A stretch of DNA of 64,000 nucleotides from Candidatus Latescibacterota bacterium (GTDB taxonomy: Bacteria > Latescibacterota > UBA2968 > GCA-2709665): contig OZ242180.1 in NCBI GenBank assembly GCA_965205485.1, forward strand, positions 2,464,001-2,528,000, in the 5' to 3' direction. Numbering within the stretch: position 1 is the first letter of the stretch; each line of letters starts with the position of its first letter. Shown piece by piece: positions 37,385 through 47,496 of this stretch. Under the pieces are notes generated by a model, which did not search any database, had not been told where the DNA came from, and saw nothing but the letters and a program-made list of their open reading frames with translations. The position numbers were made by a program, and so were the translations under genes.

Positions 37385-38329
37385 ATGAATTTCTGGGTGG
37401 ACAAGCGGGTTACGGTTACGGGCGGCGCCGGGTTTCTGGGTCGGTTTGTGGTGCGGAAACTGCGCGATCGGGGTTGTCGTCAGATATTCGTCCCGCGCCG
37501 CAGCGATCACGACCTGCGCGAACCGGATGCCGTACGGCGCATGTACGAAATCGCCAGTCCCGATCTGGTCATTCACCTGGCCGGCTCCGTCGGCGGCATT
37601 GGCGCCAATCAACGGTATCCGGGCCGTTTTTTCTACGATAATCTGGTCATGGGCGCCCATCTTCTCGAGCAGGCCCGCAGGTTCGAGGTTCCGAAGTTCG
37701 TGGGTATCGGGTCGGTTTGCGCCTATCCAATGTCCACGCCGGTACCTTTCAGGGAGGAAAACCTGTGGGATGGGTACCCTGAAGATACAAACGCGGCTTA
37801 TGGCCTGGCCAAGAAAACGATGCTTGTACAGGGACAGGCCTACCGGTCGGAGTACGGGTACAACGCGATTCATCTGCTCCTGTCGAACCTTTACGGGCCG
37901 GGAGAAAACCTGGATCCGGAGACATCGCATGGGCTCGCGTCAATCTTACGAAAATTCGTGGATGCCCGGAATCAGGGACACGGCCACGTCACACTGTGGG
38001 GAGACGGCTCGCCCACGCGCGAATTCCTGTACGTGGAGGACGCTGCAGAGGGCATATTGCTCGCTTCCGAATTATACGATCTGCCGGAGCCCGTCAACCT
38101 GGGATCGGGAGTGGAGATCTCGATACGTGACCTCGCCGCGAAAATAGGCAGCCTGGCGGGATTCGCCGGCCGGGTTCGCTGGGACAGGAACAGGCCGAAC
38201 GGGCAGCCGAGGCGATGCGTGGACGTTTCGCGGGCAAAGCGCCACTTTGGATTCGAAGCCGCAACAACGCTGGATGAAGGCCTTCGGAGGATGATTTCGT
38301 GGTACGAGAAGCAGCCGCTCCGGGAGTAA
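37385..38329 (+). CDS. fcl: GDP-L-fucose synthase-like epimerase/reductase (Fcl/ColC family)
   Basis: TGGAGFLG, HLAGSVGGIGAN, VCAYP, YGLAK, NLYGP, WGDGSPTREFLYV, NGQPRR. Confidence 0.88.
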   Translation: MNFWVDKRVTVTGGAGFLGRFVVRKLRDRGCRQIFVPRRSDHDLREPDAVRRMYEIASPDLVIHLAGSVGGIGANQRYPGRFFYDNLVMGAHLLEQARRFEVPKFVGIGSVCAYPMSTPVPFREENLWDGYPEDTNAAYGLAKKTMLVQGQAYRSEYGYNAIHLLLSNLYGPGENLDPETSHGLASILRKFVDARNQGHGHVTLWGDGSPTREFLYVEDAAEGILLASELYDLPEPVNLGSGVEISIRDLAAKIGSLAGFAGRVRWDRNRPNGQPRRCVDVSRAKRHFGFEAATTLDEGLRRMISWYEKQPLRE

Positions 38330-38379
38330 ATCCGTTCAGATTTTCAATAAACATGTCCAGGACATGAGGCGGACTCGAG

Positions 38380-39579
38380 GTGTCCGAAGATCGTGATGTC
38401 CGGCCGCCGGTAATCGGCGTCGGTACGATAAACATCAGTCCCCGCGCCAGGGCGCTGGTAAACGAAGTCCTGGACAGCAACCGGCTGTCTTACGGTCCGA
38501 TGACGCGCGCGTTCGAGGCAGGATTCGCGCGCGCGCACGGTTGCCGGTTCGGCGTGATGAGCAATAGCGGCACGAGCGCGCTGCTGGTCGCCCTGTCGGC
38601 GATGAAGGAACTGCATGGGTGGGCCGACGGAGACGAAGTCATCCTGCCCGCGGTGACCTTCGCGGGTACGGCAAATATCGTCATCCACGCGCGAATGCGC
38701 CCGGTGCTTGTGGACGTCGATCCGATCTACTACGATCTGGACCCGGAAAAAATCGAGGCCGCAGTCACGCCGCGTACCAGGGCGCTCATTCCCGTTCATG
38801 TCTTCGGACAGCCGTGCGACATGGATCCCGTACTCGAGCTTTCGCGGCGATACGGTCTCAGGGTCATCGAAGATTCGGCGGAGACCATGTTCGCGACGTA
38901 CAACGGTCGCAGCGTGGGTAGTCTCGGCGAAATCGGGTGTTTTTCCACTTATGCGGCGCACCTGCTGACGACCGGAGTGGGCGGACTGAACACGACCGGC
39001 AATCCCGAGTATGCAGACAAGCTGAGATCGCTGATCAACCACGGGCGGGACTCGACGTATCTGAATATAGACGACGACGAACGGAAGTCGCCGGAGGAGC
39101 TTCGAAGAATCGTCTCGCGGCGATTTTCTTTTGTGAGTCCCGGATACAGTTTTCGGTTGACCGAGATGGAGGCCGCCCTCGGACTGGCGCAGCTGGAGGT
39201 GTGGCCAGAGATGATCGCCGCCAGGAGGAAGAATGCCGCCTGGCTGACCCGGAAGTTGTCCGGGCACGAAGCGTTTCTGCAGCTTCCACGGATTCGACCG
39301 GGGTGCGAGCACTCTTTCATGATGTATCCGATCGTCCTGAGGGACCGTGAAAAAGACGCGCTGGTCAATTTCCTGGAAGAGAACCGGGTTGAAACGCGTG
39401 ACATGCTTCCTCTTACCAATCAGCCGCTCTACCAGAGACTGCTGGATATCAGCGAGGCGGATTATCCCGTTGCCGGATGGATCAACAGAAGCGGGTTCTA
39501 TATCGGTTGCCACCAGGATCTCTCGTCAGACGATCTGGATCGTATCGTCGGGTTGCTCGATCGTTTCTTCACGCCGTAG
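38380..39579 (+). CDS. DegT/DnrJ-fold PLP/PMP enzyme with His in place of catalytic Lys (ColD-like 3-dehydratase)
   Basis: NSGTSAL, IEDSAE, GCFSTYAAHLLTTGVGG, FVSPGYSFR. Confidence 0.8.
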   Translation: MSEDRDVRPPVIGVGTINISPRARALVNEVLDSNRLSYGPMTRAFEAGFARAHGCRFGVMSNSGTSALLVALSAMKELHGWADGDEVILPAVTFAGTANIVIHARMRPVLVDVDPIYYDLDPEKIEAAVTPRTRALIPVHVFGQPCDMDPVLELSRRYGLRVIEDSAETMFATYNGRSVGSLGEIGCFSTYAAHLLTTGVGGLNTTGNPEYADKLRSLINHGRDSTYLNIDDDERKSPEELRRIVSRRFSFVSPGYSFRLTEMEAALGLAQLEVWPEMIAARRKNAAWLTRKLSGHEAFLQLPRIRPGCEHSFMMYPIVLRDREKDALVNFLEENRVETRDMLPLTNQPLYQRLLDISEADYPVAGWINRSGFYIGCHQDLSSDDLDRIVGLLDRFFTP

Positions 39580-39666
39580 GCATGATTTGGATAGAAACGC
39601 AAACGACTGATTTTGCAATTTTCACACCAGATAATTTCTATAAAACCTTTATTTTCTATTATTTAA

Positions 39667-39896
39667 GTCCTTTTTCTTATGCCCGTAAGAAAAAGGACCA
39701 AAAAGAAGCGGGCCCCTCGGCGGGGTGCCGGTTTTTCCGTGAATCTCCTCAGTGTGCAAAATGGGATTTGGGTGGCCTTCGATTCTTCGCGGAAATTCCG
39801 ATCAACAGAGGTGTACGGATTAACACGGAAAAACCCCCCACGCAACCACCGGACACGCTCTATTTGAATTTGTAGGGGCAACCCTTGTGGTTGCCC
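39667..39896. repeat. Structured intergenic repeat cluster including GTAG-type REP
   Basis: 13-bp perfect hairpin at 39667-39698; long-range IR 39728-39746/39818-39836; GTAG-GGGCAACC-CTTGT-GGTTGCCC at 39872-39896. Confidence 0.6.
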
Positions 39897-40152
39897 GTGT
39901 AGCGGTAGGGATATCGGTGATTCCAGACGCTTAATCTTTACCGGAATTGCATGTGGCTGACTGCTGACAGCTTTTTCCGAGAGGGCCGTGGGGAGAGGCC
40001 GGAAAAAGGCGGTGAGAAGGTAGAAGTGAGCCGGTAGAAGAAATCCACGCCCGACAATTTTCCCTCCTTGCCTCCGGCATGAGAAGAAACCTGACAAGGC
40101 AGACAATTTCTACCCTCTTCCCTCTCCCGTCTCACCGATTCCAGGGTTCCAT

Positions 40153-40851
40153 ATGCCCAAGCGCACTGTTGTTCTGCTTACGCTCAACGAGATCGACGGC
40201 GTCCGCTGGCTGTTTTCGGCCGGACACGATCTTTCCGCGATGGCCGACGAGGTGCTCGCTGTTGACGGGGGGTCCACGGATGGCACCCGGGAGGTCCTGG
40301 CATCCCACCACGTCCGGCTCGTGGACCAGCCACGCCCGGGGAGGGGCGAGGCGTTCCGTGCGGCGGTCCGTGCATCGAGCGGAGCGTGCCTGGTTTTCTT
40401 CAGTCCCGACGGGAATGAAGATCCGAGCGACATTCCGCGGCTTTTTGCGGCAATCGAAAACGGCGCCGATATGGCGATCGCGTCCCGCTTCCTGCCGGGC
40501 TCGAGGAACGAGGAGGACGACGATTCGCTGCCGCTGAGAAAATGGACGAACCAGGTGTTTACGTGGATCGCCAATTCAATCTGGAATCGGAGACCCTATG
40601 TGACGGATACGATAAACGGCTTTCGCGGAATTACGCGGGAGGCATTTCAGAAGCTCAATCCCGGATCGATGGGGTATACGATCGAATATGAGATGACGAT
40701 CCGTGCGATGAAGCAGAGGATGCGAATCGAGGAGATTCCGACGAGGGAGGGAAACCGGGTAGGAGGGGAATCGAAGGCGCCTTCGTTCCGCACGGGAGTT
40801 CGGTTCCTCAAATTCCTGATACAGGAGATGGTCGCCGGCGACGGCCGTTGA
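40153..40851 (+). CDS. Glycosyltransferase family 2
   Basis: TLNE, VDGGSTDGT, GRG, SPDG (DxD variant), ASRF, DTINGFRG. Confidence 0.88.
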   Translation: MPKRTVVLLTLNEIDGVRWLFSAGHDLSAMADEVLAVDGGSTDGTREVLASHHVRLVDQPRPGRGEAFRAAVRASSGACLVFFSPDGNEDPSDIPRLFAAIENGADMAIASRFLPGSRNEEDDDSLPLRKWTNQVFTWIANSIWNRRPYVTDTINGFRGITREAFQKLNPGSMGYTIEYEMTIRAMKQRMRIEEIPTREGNRVGGESKAPSFRTGVRFLKFLIQEMVAGDGR

Positions 40852-40884
40852 GAATGGCATTTTGACGCGTCGACCGTTCCGTGG

Positions 40885-41802
40885 TTAGCCGGCGGCGCGC
40901 AGATGCGACTTGCCGACCGGGGCTTTCCCGTTGGTGAGTACGTCGAGGAGTTTTCGCGCTGCCACGGACAGGCTGCGGCCGCGTTTGTGCAGGATGCCCA
41001 GAGGTCTGGTGAGTACGTCGCCATCGATCGTCAGCACCTTCAGGCTGCCTTCCTTGTGTTCCAGGTCTACCGAGTGTTCAGGCAGGATCGAAATGCCGAG
41101 GTCCACTTCGACGGCATCCTTGATGGTATCGATATGATCGAATTCCATCACGATGTTGGGCTGAATGCGGTGTTTCCGGAAGAAACCGTCCAGCGCATGC
41201 CGGGTGTGGGTTTCCTGGGAGAAGAGGATGAGCGGATGATCGCCGATGTCGTTAACGTCAATGCGATCCTGCGCCGCAAGCGGGTTCGCGGGTGGACACG
41301 CCACCACCATATTGTCCTCTGAAAAGGGGATGATCTTGATATTCCGGTGGGGCCTGGGAAAGGCGACCACGCCGAAGTCAATCTCGCCGCTGGCCACGTC
41401 ATCGTAGATGCGGGGGGTGTGATTGTAGTCCAGCCGGAAGTTGACTCTGGGGAAGGCTTTGAGATAGGTCTTGAGGTAGGGCCCGAGTTCACGCATGCCA
41501 ACGCTGTAAATGGAGGAAAGGCGAACGGTGCCCGAGACCACGCCGTCCAGAGCTTCGACGCGTTGTAACATCTCGTCGTAGCGCCGTACGATGTCGCCGG
41601 CGCCCTTGTAGAATACTTCTCCCTCCTTGGTAAGCCCGATCTTGCGCTTATGGCGTTCCAGAAGCGGTTTGCCCTGCCGGCTTTCAATGCTCTTGATTTG
41701 CTGGCTGACTGCCGACTGCGTGACGCCATTCAGGACTGCCGTCTTTGAAAAACTCTGGGTATCGATGAGGTCGCAAAAGATCTTCAGGCTCTGGATCAAC
41801 AC
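40885..41802 (-). CDS. LysR family transcriptional regulator
   Basis: SFSKTA....TQSAVSQQIK.IE HTH, LT..G; GTG start with GAAGGAG RBS; divergent from fumC. Confidence 0.92.
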   Translation of the reverse strand: MLIQSLKIFCDLIDTQSFSKTAVLNGVTQSAVSQQIKSIESRQGKPLLERHKRKIGLTKEGEVFYKGAGDIVRRYDEMLQRVEALDGVVSGTVRLSSIYSVGMRELGPYLKTYLKAFPRVNFRLDYNHTPRIYDDVASGEIDFGVVAFPRPHRNIKIIPFSEDNMVVACPPANPLAAQDRIDVNDIGDHPLILFSQETHTRHALDGFFRKHRIQPNIVMEFDHIDTIKDAVEVDLGISILPEHSVDLEHKEGSLKVLTIDGDVLTRPLGILHKRGRSLSVAARKLLDVLTNGKAPVGKSHLRAAG

Positions 41803-42103
41803 GTGAACGTCTCCTTCGGATGATTCCCGTCGGGCCTTTTTGCCGTTGACGTCTTGTTCGGAACAAGGGGCCGGCGGAGGTTGTCGTGTCGTACGGATTG
41901 CGTCGCCGCGCGTGGTGCGCAACGAAGTATTGAAGATAAGAAAGAGTAATTCTGAAAGCAAGAAAATAATATATACTATTATATTTTCGTTAGTTCGTTC
42001 CGAAAGGAGCGGATGGGGTTGCCGGAAATGTACTGTTTTTGTATCTTGAAACGCCCGACGATATCCAGACTTCTACCTACGCGAACGTGGAGGAAAGAGA
42101 GAG

Positions 42104-43498
42104 ATGGCGGGATACAGGATTGAAACGGACAGCATGGGAGAGATTCAGGTCCCGGACGACCGGTATTACGGCGCCCAGACAGCCAGGGCGCTGATTCATT
42201 TTGATATTGGCGAAGAACGCATGCCGCAGGAGTTGATCAGAGCGTTCGGCATTCTGAAAAAAGCGGCGGCGATTGTGAACCGCGAACTCGGAAAGCTCAC
42301 AAAGGACAAGGCTGACCTCATCGTTCAGGCGGCGGATGAAGTCATCGACGGAAAGCTGAACGACCACTTTCCGCTTCGAATCTGGCAGACGGGAAGCGGC
42401 ACGCAGACGAATATGAACGCCAACGAAGTCATCTCCAACCGTGCCATTCAGATTGCCGGCGGGCGGATGGGCGGCAAAGATCCGATTCATCCGAATGACG
42501 ATGTCAATATGGCGCAGTCTTCAAACGACACCTTTCCCGCTGCGATGCATATTGCGGCCGTCAGCGAGATTCACGGGCGGTTGATTCCCTCGGTCGCAAA
42601 GCTGCGGGATACGCTGGCCGGCAAAGCGGGCGAATTCGAGGATATCATCAAGATCGGTCGTACTCATCTGATGGACGCCGTCCCGCTGATGCTGGGCCAG
42701 GAGTTTTCGGGATACGTGACGCAATTGACGAAGGGCCTGGAGCGGGTTGAGCGATGCCTTGCCAATCTCAATGAGCTCGCGCTTGGCGGCACGGCCGTGG
42801 GGACCGGGCTGAATACGCACCCGGAATTCGCCGACCGGGTTGCCGCACGGATTGCCGGGCTGACGGGCCATCCGTTTGTTTCCGCCGGCAACAAGTTTGA
42901 GTCCCTGGCCGCCCACGACGCGATGGTGGAAACCAGCGGCGCGTTGAAGACGCTGGCGTGCTCGCTGATGAAGATCGCCAACGACACCCGGTGGCTTGCT
43001 TCGGGGCCGCGCTGCGGCATCGGCGAGTTGACGCTGCCGGCCAACGAGCCGGGCAGTTCCATAATGCCGGGGAAAGTGAACCCCACGCAGTGCGAAGCGA
43101 TGACGATGGTAGCCGGGCAGGTCATCGGCAACGATATGGCGATTGCGGTGGGCGGCTCCTCGGGGAATTTCGAGCTGAACGTCTTCAAGCCGCTCATCGT
43201 CTACAATCTGCTGCAATCGGTGCGATTGCTGGCCGATGCCTGCGCGGCGTTCAACGATCATTGCGCGGTGGGCATCGAGCCGAACCGGGAGAATATCCGG
43301 AACCACCTGGAGCGGTCGCTCATGCTCGTCACAGCGCTGAATCCCAGTATCGGCTACGACAACGCGGCAAAGGTTGCCAAGAAGGCGTTCGACGAGAACC
43401 TGACGCTTCGGGAATCCGCGGTGGCGCTTGGGATGATGGACGGCGAGGCGTTCGATGCCGCGGTCCGGCCGGAAAAGATGACGGGGCCGGGCGGCTGA
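42104..43498 (+). CDS. fumC: Fumarate hydratase class II
   Basis: [39 protein letters not shown]. Confidence 0.98.
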   Translation: MAGYRIETDSMGEIQVPDDRYYGAQTARALIHFDIGEERMPQELIRAFGILKKAAAIVNRELGKLTKDKADLIVQAADEVIDGKLNDHFPLRIWQTGSGTQTNMNANEVISNRAIQIAGGRMGGKDPIHPNDDVNMAQSSNDTFPAAMHIAAVSEIHGRLIPSVAKLRDTLAGKAGEFEDIIKIGRTHLMDAVPLMLGQEFSGYVTQLTKGLERVERCLANLNELALGGTAVGTGLNTHPEFADRVAARIAGLTGHPFVSAGNKFESLAAHDAMVETSGALKTLACSLMKIANDTRWLASGPRCGIGELTLPANEPGSSIMPGKVNPTQCEAMTMVAGQVIGNDMAIAVGGSSGNFELNVFKPLIVYNLLQSVRLLADACAAFNDHCAVGIEPNRENIRNHLERSLMLVTALNPSIGYDNAAKVAKKAFDENLTLRESAVALGMMDGEAFDAAVRPEKMTGPGG

Positions 43499-43555
43499 CG
43501 TTGGCGGGGGCGCCGACCCCCGACTCGGCGCTTTCGGATGACCGCACAACGACCT

Positions 43556-43590
43556 GAAAAGGCCCGGCAGGATTTCTGCCGGGCCTTTTC
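43556..43590. terminator. Bidirectional intrinsic terminator
   Basis: GAAAAGGCCCGGCAG-GATTT-CTGCCGGGCCTTTTC. Confidence 0.88.
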
Positions 43591-43661
43591 GTCAGTCAAA
43601 AAGGAGATTATGTGCCAGAGAGCAGCCGGTACGGCGGCCAAACGGAACGGCATCCCCTGAC

Positions 43662-43994
43662 CTAACAGTCCGTTGATAAAGTCGCTCTGCAGGCGAGGTA
43701 TGGTGTCCCGTCCCGGAAATATGTCACCATTCATCCGCCGATTCATCCCGTCTGGCGGCGTTGCCTTCGCTCGGTGACCGTGAGCAGGTCGCCTCGCTCA
43801 GGCGCCTTGCCAGCCGGGCGACTCGGCGGCCGAATTCCGGCAATCTATTTCCGGGTCGGAACACTTGCCATTGTGGTCGAAGACAAGGCGCGCGACCGAG
43901 TCCCATCCTGCGATTCGGCGAGGGCGCGCAACGCAGTATTTCGACCGCAAGGGCCGGCCGTAGCCCGGATGGACTTTTTCAACGGGCTGTTTAG
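43662..43994. mobile_element. MITE-like non-autonomous element (~330 bp)
   Basis: Imperfect terminal IRs CTAACAGTCCGTTGATAAAG / CTTTTTCAACGGGCTGTTTAG; right end repeated at 26509-26543; no transposase. Confidence 0.65.
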
Positions 43995-44454
43995 TCGTCA
44001 ACAATTCAGTCAGGCGACGGCGGCCGTCAGAAACGCATCGAATGAGAATCGCCCGCATGTTCGTCTCACATGCGGGACAGGTCCTGCACAAATGCCGATT
44101 CAACAGGTGCGCCGTGGCAAGCAGGATTCCTGCTGTTGTATGGAAGACGACTTCAAAGATTCCCTCGGTTGCAACGTGGCCGATGGCGATAAACGCGATT
44201 GCCACTACGATGATGAGAAACGCTCTCCAGTGTCTGTGGTGCCTGACGCCCCAGACGACGCTGCCCATTGCGAGCGCGACTGCTCCGATGATGATTGATT
44301 CCGCAGATTCACTCGCCAGGAACCCGAGCCCCAGCAACGGCAGAACTGTTACCAGAAGCGGCACTGCCACACAATGGATTGCGCATGCGCAAGACAGAAC
44401 CGCACCGACGTTATCCACCGTTTCATGGCTGATGCTGTTCTTCAAGTTTACCAT
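43798..44454 (-). CDS. MerC-domain membrane protein (C-terminus reads into MITE)
   Basis: D.VG..LS..CAIHC...P, four TM segments, AHLLN..LCRTCPAC. Confidence 0.8.
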   Translation of the reverse strand: MVNLKNSISHETVDNVGAVLSCACAIHCVAVPLLVTVLPLLGLGFLASESAESIIIGAVALAMGSVVWGVRHHRHWRAFLIIVVAIAFIAIGHVATEGIFEVVFHTTAGILLATAHLLNRHLCRTCPACETNMRAILIRCVSDGRRRLTELLTTKQPVEKVHPGYGRPLRSKYCVARPRRIAGWDSVARLVFDHNGKCSDPEIDCRNSAAESPGWQGA

Positions 44455-44546
44455 TTGTTTCCTTTCAGACCGTGACCGGGTACATCGCGTCAGGATCGAA
44501 TCAGTGGAGCCCGATTAAAGGAACTCTCGATATTTCTTTTGATGTA

Positions 44547-45857
44547 CTATTGATCCAGATATTCCGCGATTTTACCGCACCAGTGCGGCGGCCATTCGGT
44601 CATGTTGCCGTAGACTGCGGGTGAACCCGGGCCGCGTGGATATCTCGAGGACATGACCCCGCCATCGTCGCCGTCCAGGCCGAAAAGGAAGCCGATCAGG
44701 TGTGCGCGTTCGTCTTCCTTGATCCGGGTGGCCTTAAAGTAGAGGCCGAGGACGTTCGGTGGCACGTACACACCCGCAACCGCACGGGATTTCTCCTCGG
44801 TCGATGCTTTGTACCTGACTTCCTGAAAGACGCCGATGTGAAGATCACGGTGACGTTCCGTCCTCGCAATATATCCCCGCAGGCTGTCCTTACCCAGAAC
44901 CCAGGACTTCCACCCCGTTGTACGGGTTGTGAACCGGGCCTTTTCAGGCGGAATCGCTACAGCGTCGACGCCGAGGTCTTCCGTACTGCCGACCAGGGGG
45001 TTACCAGCGCACTTTTTCTGAATGTTGTCAACCCACCAGAGAATGGACTCCGTCCAAAGGTTGCGGTTGACGTCGCTGAATCGCTGGCCTTCGGCCCTGT
45101 AGAAGCGAAACCGGATGGCGCCCGGGTTCGGTTCTTCCTCGGCGACAGGCGCTGACGTCGTTTCGGGGCGGACCGGGGCCGGCCGGGCGTACTGCCAGGG
45201 CCGGGTGGGCAACGTGTGATCGAGGCCCAGGGCAAATTCCGACGGAACGGCGCGTGCGGCCTCTTTCCCATCGCTCGACTGAATGGATACAACGCCGACA
45301 ACGCGACCGGATTCGTCCAGAAGCGGCCCTCCGTTGCCGCCGGCAGACACCACGGCGCCCAGGGGATAGGATCGCACGCCGTCAACGATCTCGACGGGAT
45401 TCATCTCGCCGTCGACAAGTCTGAACGCCTCCCCCACGACCGTCTCCACAACATAGGTTCGTTTGATCTCGACCGGGTCCCGGGCGGCCAGTTCGAGCAG
45501 CGGCCTGCCAAAGACCTTGATCCGGATCAGCGCCACGTTGCGTTTTTCGTCACTGTCGATCAGGCCCGAGACCCCGAATTCCTCGCCGGATTCGAACCTG
45601 GCGACAACCCCGACCGCGTCGTCGACGAGATCCCAGGTTGTAACCGCAATTCTGCTGTCGATGGTGAGAAAGCCCAATCCCCGGATCCGGGAACCGTCCC
45701 TTCTTTCCACGTCCAGAACGACAACCGAAGCGCGCGCTTTCACGTAGACGGCGTCCGGAGGGTCATCCGACGCAGGGACGGGTGTACAGAGAACCTTAGA
45801 CAGGAACACCGCCATCCATACAGCGGTTGCGGACGGGATGACCGATGCCGGTTTCAT
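44547..45857 (-). CDS. Secreted protein: trypsin-like domain + metzincin-like domain, both lacking catalytic residues
   Basis: GLGF...VTTWDLV, NVALIRI, SAGGNGGPLLD..G.VVGV; AHLIGFLFGL...GVM. Confidence 0.7.
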   Translation of the reverse strand: MKPASVIPSATAVWMAVFLSKVLCTPVPASDDPPDAVYVKARASVVVLDVERRDGSRIRGLGFLTIDSRIAVTTWDLVDDAVGVVARFESGEEFGVSGLIDSDEKRNVALIRIKVFGRPLLELAARDPVEIKRTYVVETVVGEAFRLVDGEMNPVEIVDGVRSYPLGAVVSAGGNGGPLLDESGRVVGVVSIQSSDGKEAARAVPSEFALGLDHTLPTRPWQYARPAPVRPETTSAPVAEEEPNPGAIRFRFYRAEGQRFSDVNRNLWTESILWWVDNIQKKCAGNPLVGSTEDLGVDAVAIPPEKARFTTRTTGWKSWVLGKDSLRGYIARTERHRDLHIGVFQEVRYKASTEEKSRAVAGVYVPPNVLGLYFKATRIKEDERAHLIGFLFGLDGDDGGVMSSRYPRGPGSPAVYGNMTEWPPHWCGKIAEYLDQ

Positions 45858-45926
45858 AGGCGATCTCGATATGCGAAACGTCCGGAGTACACGGCCTGAA
45901 AATTCAGGTTATTTTCGAAAGAACTG

Positions 45927-46283
45927 TCAAATCACCCACAGAACGTACAGCGTAACCGCCGTACCGAGGAGGGCGCCGCCATAGCAGAGGACGTCCAGCG
46001 AGAGCAGCAGCTTCCGGATGCCCATTTCGTGCAGCGAGAAACGGATGCGGTGGGCGGCGTGAAAGAGCGGAGGGACAATGAGAACAAACAGGTAGACTTT
46101 GACGAGCGGATTCGCAAGCAGGGATTTCATCCGGCTGTATTCGAGCAGGCTCTTGTCGATCAGGCCGAGCGGCACGGCCAGCCCTATAAGAAAGATGTGG
46201 ACGGGTATCAGCAGCGCGGCAACCACGCCGCCCATCGAGAACATGCCCCACCAGAAGGGTTCGGTTCTGTCTTCCTTGTACAC
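45927..46283 (-). CDS. frdD: Fumarate reductase subunit D
   Basis: EPFWWGMFSMGG..AALL.P, FHAAHRIR..LH, CYG. Confidence 0.88.
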   Translation of the reverse strand: MYKEDRTEPFWWGMFSMGGVVAALLIPVHIFLIGLAVPLGLIDKSLLEYSRMKSLLANPLVKVYLFVLIVPPLFHAAHRIRFSLHEMGIRKLLLSLDVLCYGGALLGTAVTLYVLWVI

Positions 46284-46292
46284 GGACTCCCC

Positions 46293-46718
46293 CTACTTTA
46301 TACAACCGACTTTTAATGTCAGAAACAGGCAGGCGACAACCGCCGACGCGACGATCCATGAAAGATAGGCGCCCAGACCCACGATAAAGGGCGGTATCGT
46401 CAGACGTCCGATTCGAACGATCTGGATTTTGGATACCAGACCCAGCCATGTGATGCTGTGGTACAGCGCGAACAGGAGGACGATGGCATAACCCACGACA
46501 AACGGTACGGACCGGAGCGTTTCCTGGAACATATCGTGGACTTCCGCGCCCCGGGAGACGAGAAACAGCTGATACAGGTATACCAGAACGAACAGGGCGA
46601 TAAACACGCTGGTCGATTCCCGGATCATGAACAGGAAGTAGCGGCGATTCTGCAGCCACCATGTGATCGGAACCGGACGCACATACGCCTTGTGTTCGGT
46701 TTCGTGTTCCCGCGTCAT
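46293..46718 (-). CDS. frdC: Fumarate reductase subunit C
   Basis: YVRPV..TWW....Y..FMIREST, LYHS.TW, three TM segments. Confidence 0.88.
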   Translation of the reverse strand: MTREHETEHKAYVRPVPITWWLQNRRYFLFMIRESTSVFIALFVLVYLYQLFLVSRGAEVHDMFQETLRSVPFVVGYAIVLLFALYHSITWLGLVSKIQIVRIGRLTIPPFIVGLGAYLSWIVASAVVACLFLTLKVGCIK

Positions 46719-46719
46719 C

Positions 46720-47469
46720 TTACTTCCTCCCCCATGGAAGGAGAACGGATTTGAACCAGCCGCCGGTGGTGGCCACCTTGTTCCGCTGGATGGCGGCTGC
46801 AGGATCCACGTCTTTGGGACAGACGACGGAGCACTCACCAATGTAGGTACATTCCCAGATGCCCTCGGTGCTTGCAATCACGTGTTGACGCCGTTCCTTC
46901 CCCTCGTCTCGGGAGTCCAGGTTGTACCGGTGCCCCAGGGCAATGGCGGCGGGCCCGATGAATTCGGTCTCGAGTCCGTAAACGGGACAGGCGGCGTAGC
47001 AGAGCATGCAGTTGATGCACATGCTGAATTGCTTGTATTCCTTCAGCTCTTCGGGCGTCTGCAGGTATTCCCCTTCCGAAACGGGCTTTTCTTCCTCCCG
47101 GATGATCCAGGGCTGCACCGCCTGGAGTTTATCCATAAAGTCGGTCATGTCTATGATCAGGTCGCGGACAATGGGGAAGTTCTGCAAGGGTTCCACACGG
47201 ACTTCGCCAGGGTAATAGTCGCGCAGGAATGCGGCGCAGGAGAGCTTCGGTTCGCCGTTGACCGTCATGCCGCAACTGCCGCAGACACCCATCCGGCAGG
47301 ACCAGCGGAAGGACAGAGAGCCGTCAATGTGATCCTTGATATGGTTCAGCCCGTCCAGCACCACCCAGTCGTCCTGAAATTCGATATCGTAAGACTGTTC
47401 GACGGGTTCGTCTTCCTGTTCAGGACGATATCGGGTAACGGTGATTGTGATCTTCTTGCCATTACTCAT
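46720..47469 (-). CDS. frdB: Fumarate reductase Fe-S subunit
   Basis: [37 protein letters not shown]. Confidence 0.95.
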   Translation of the reverse strand: MSNGKKITITVTRYRPEQEDEPVEQSYDIEFQDDWVVLDGLNHIKDHIDGSLSFRWSCRMGVCGSCGMTVNGEPKLSCAAFLRDYYPGEVRVEPLQNFPIVRDLIIDMTDFMDKLQAVQPWIIREEEKPVSEGEYLQTPEELKEYKQFSMCINCMLCYAACPVYGLETEFIGPAAIALGHRYNLDSRDEGKERRQHVIASTEGIWECTYIGECSVVCPKDVDPAAAIQRNKVATTGGWFKSVLLPWGRK

Positions 47470-47496
47470 GAAATTCCCCTTGCGCGGGATTCGAAA

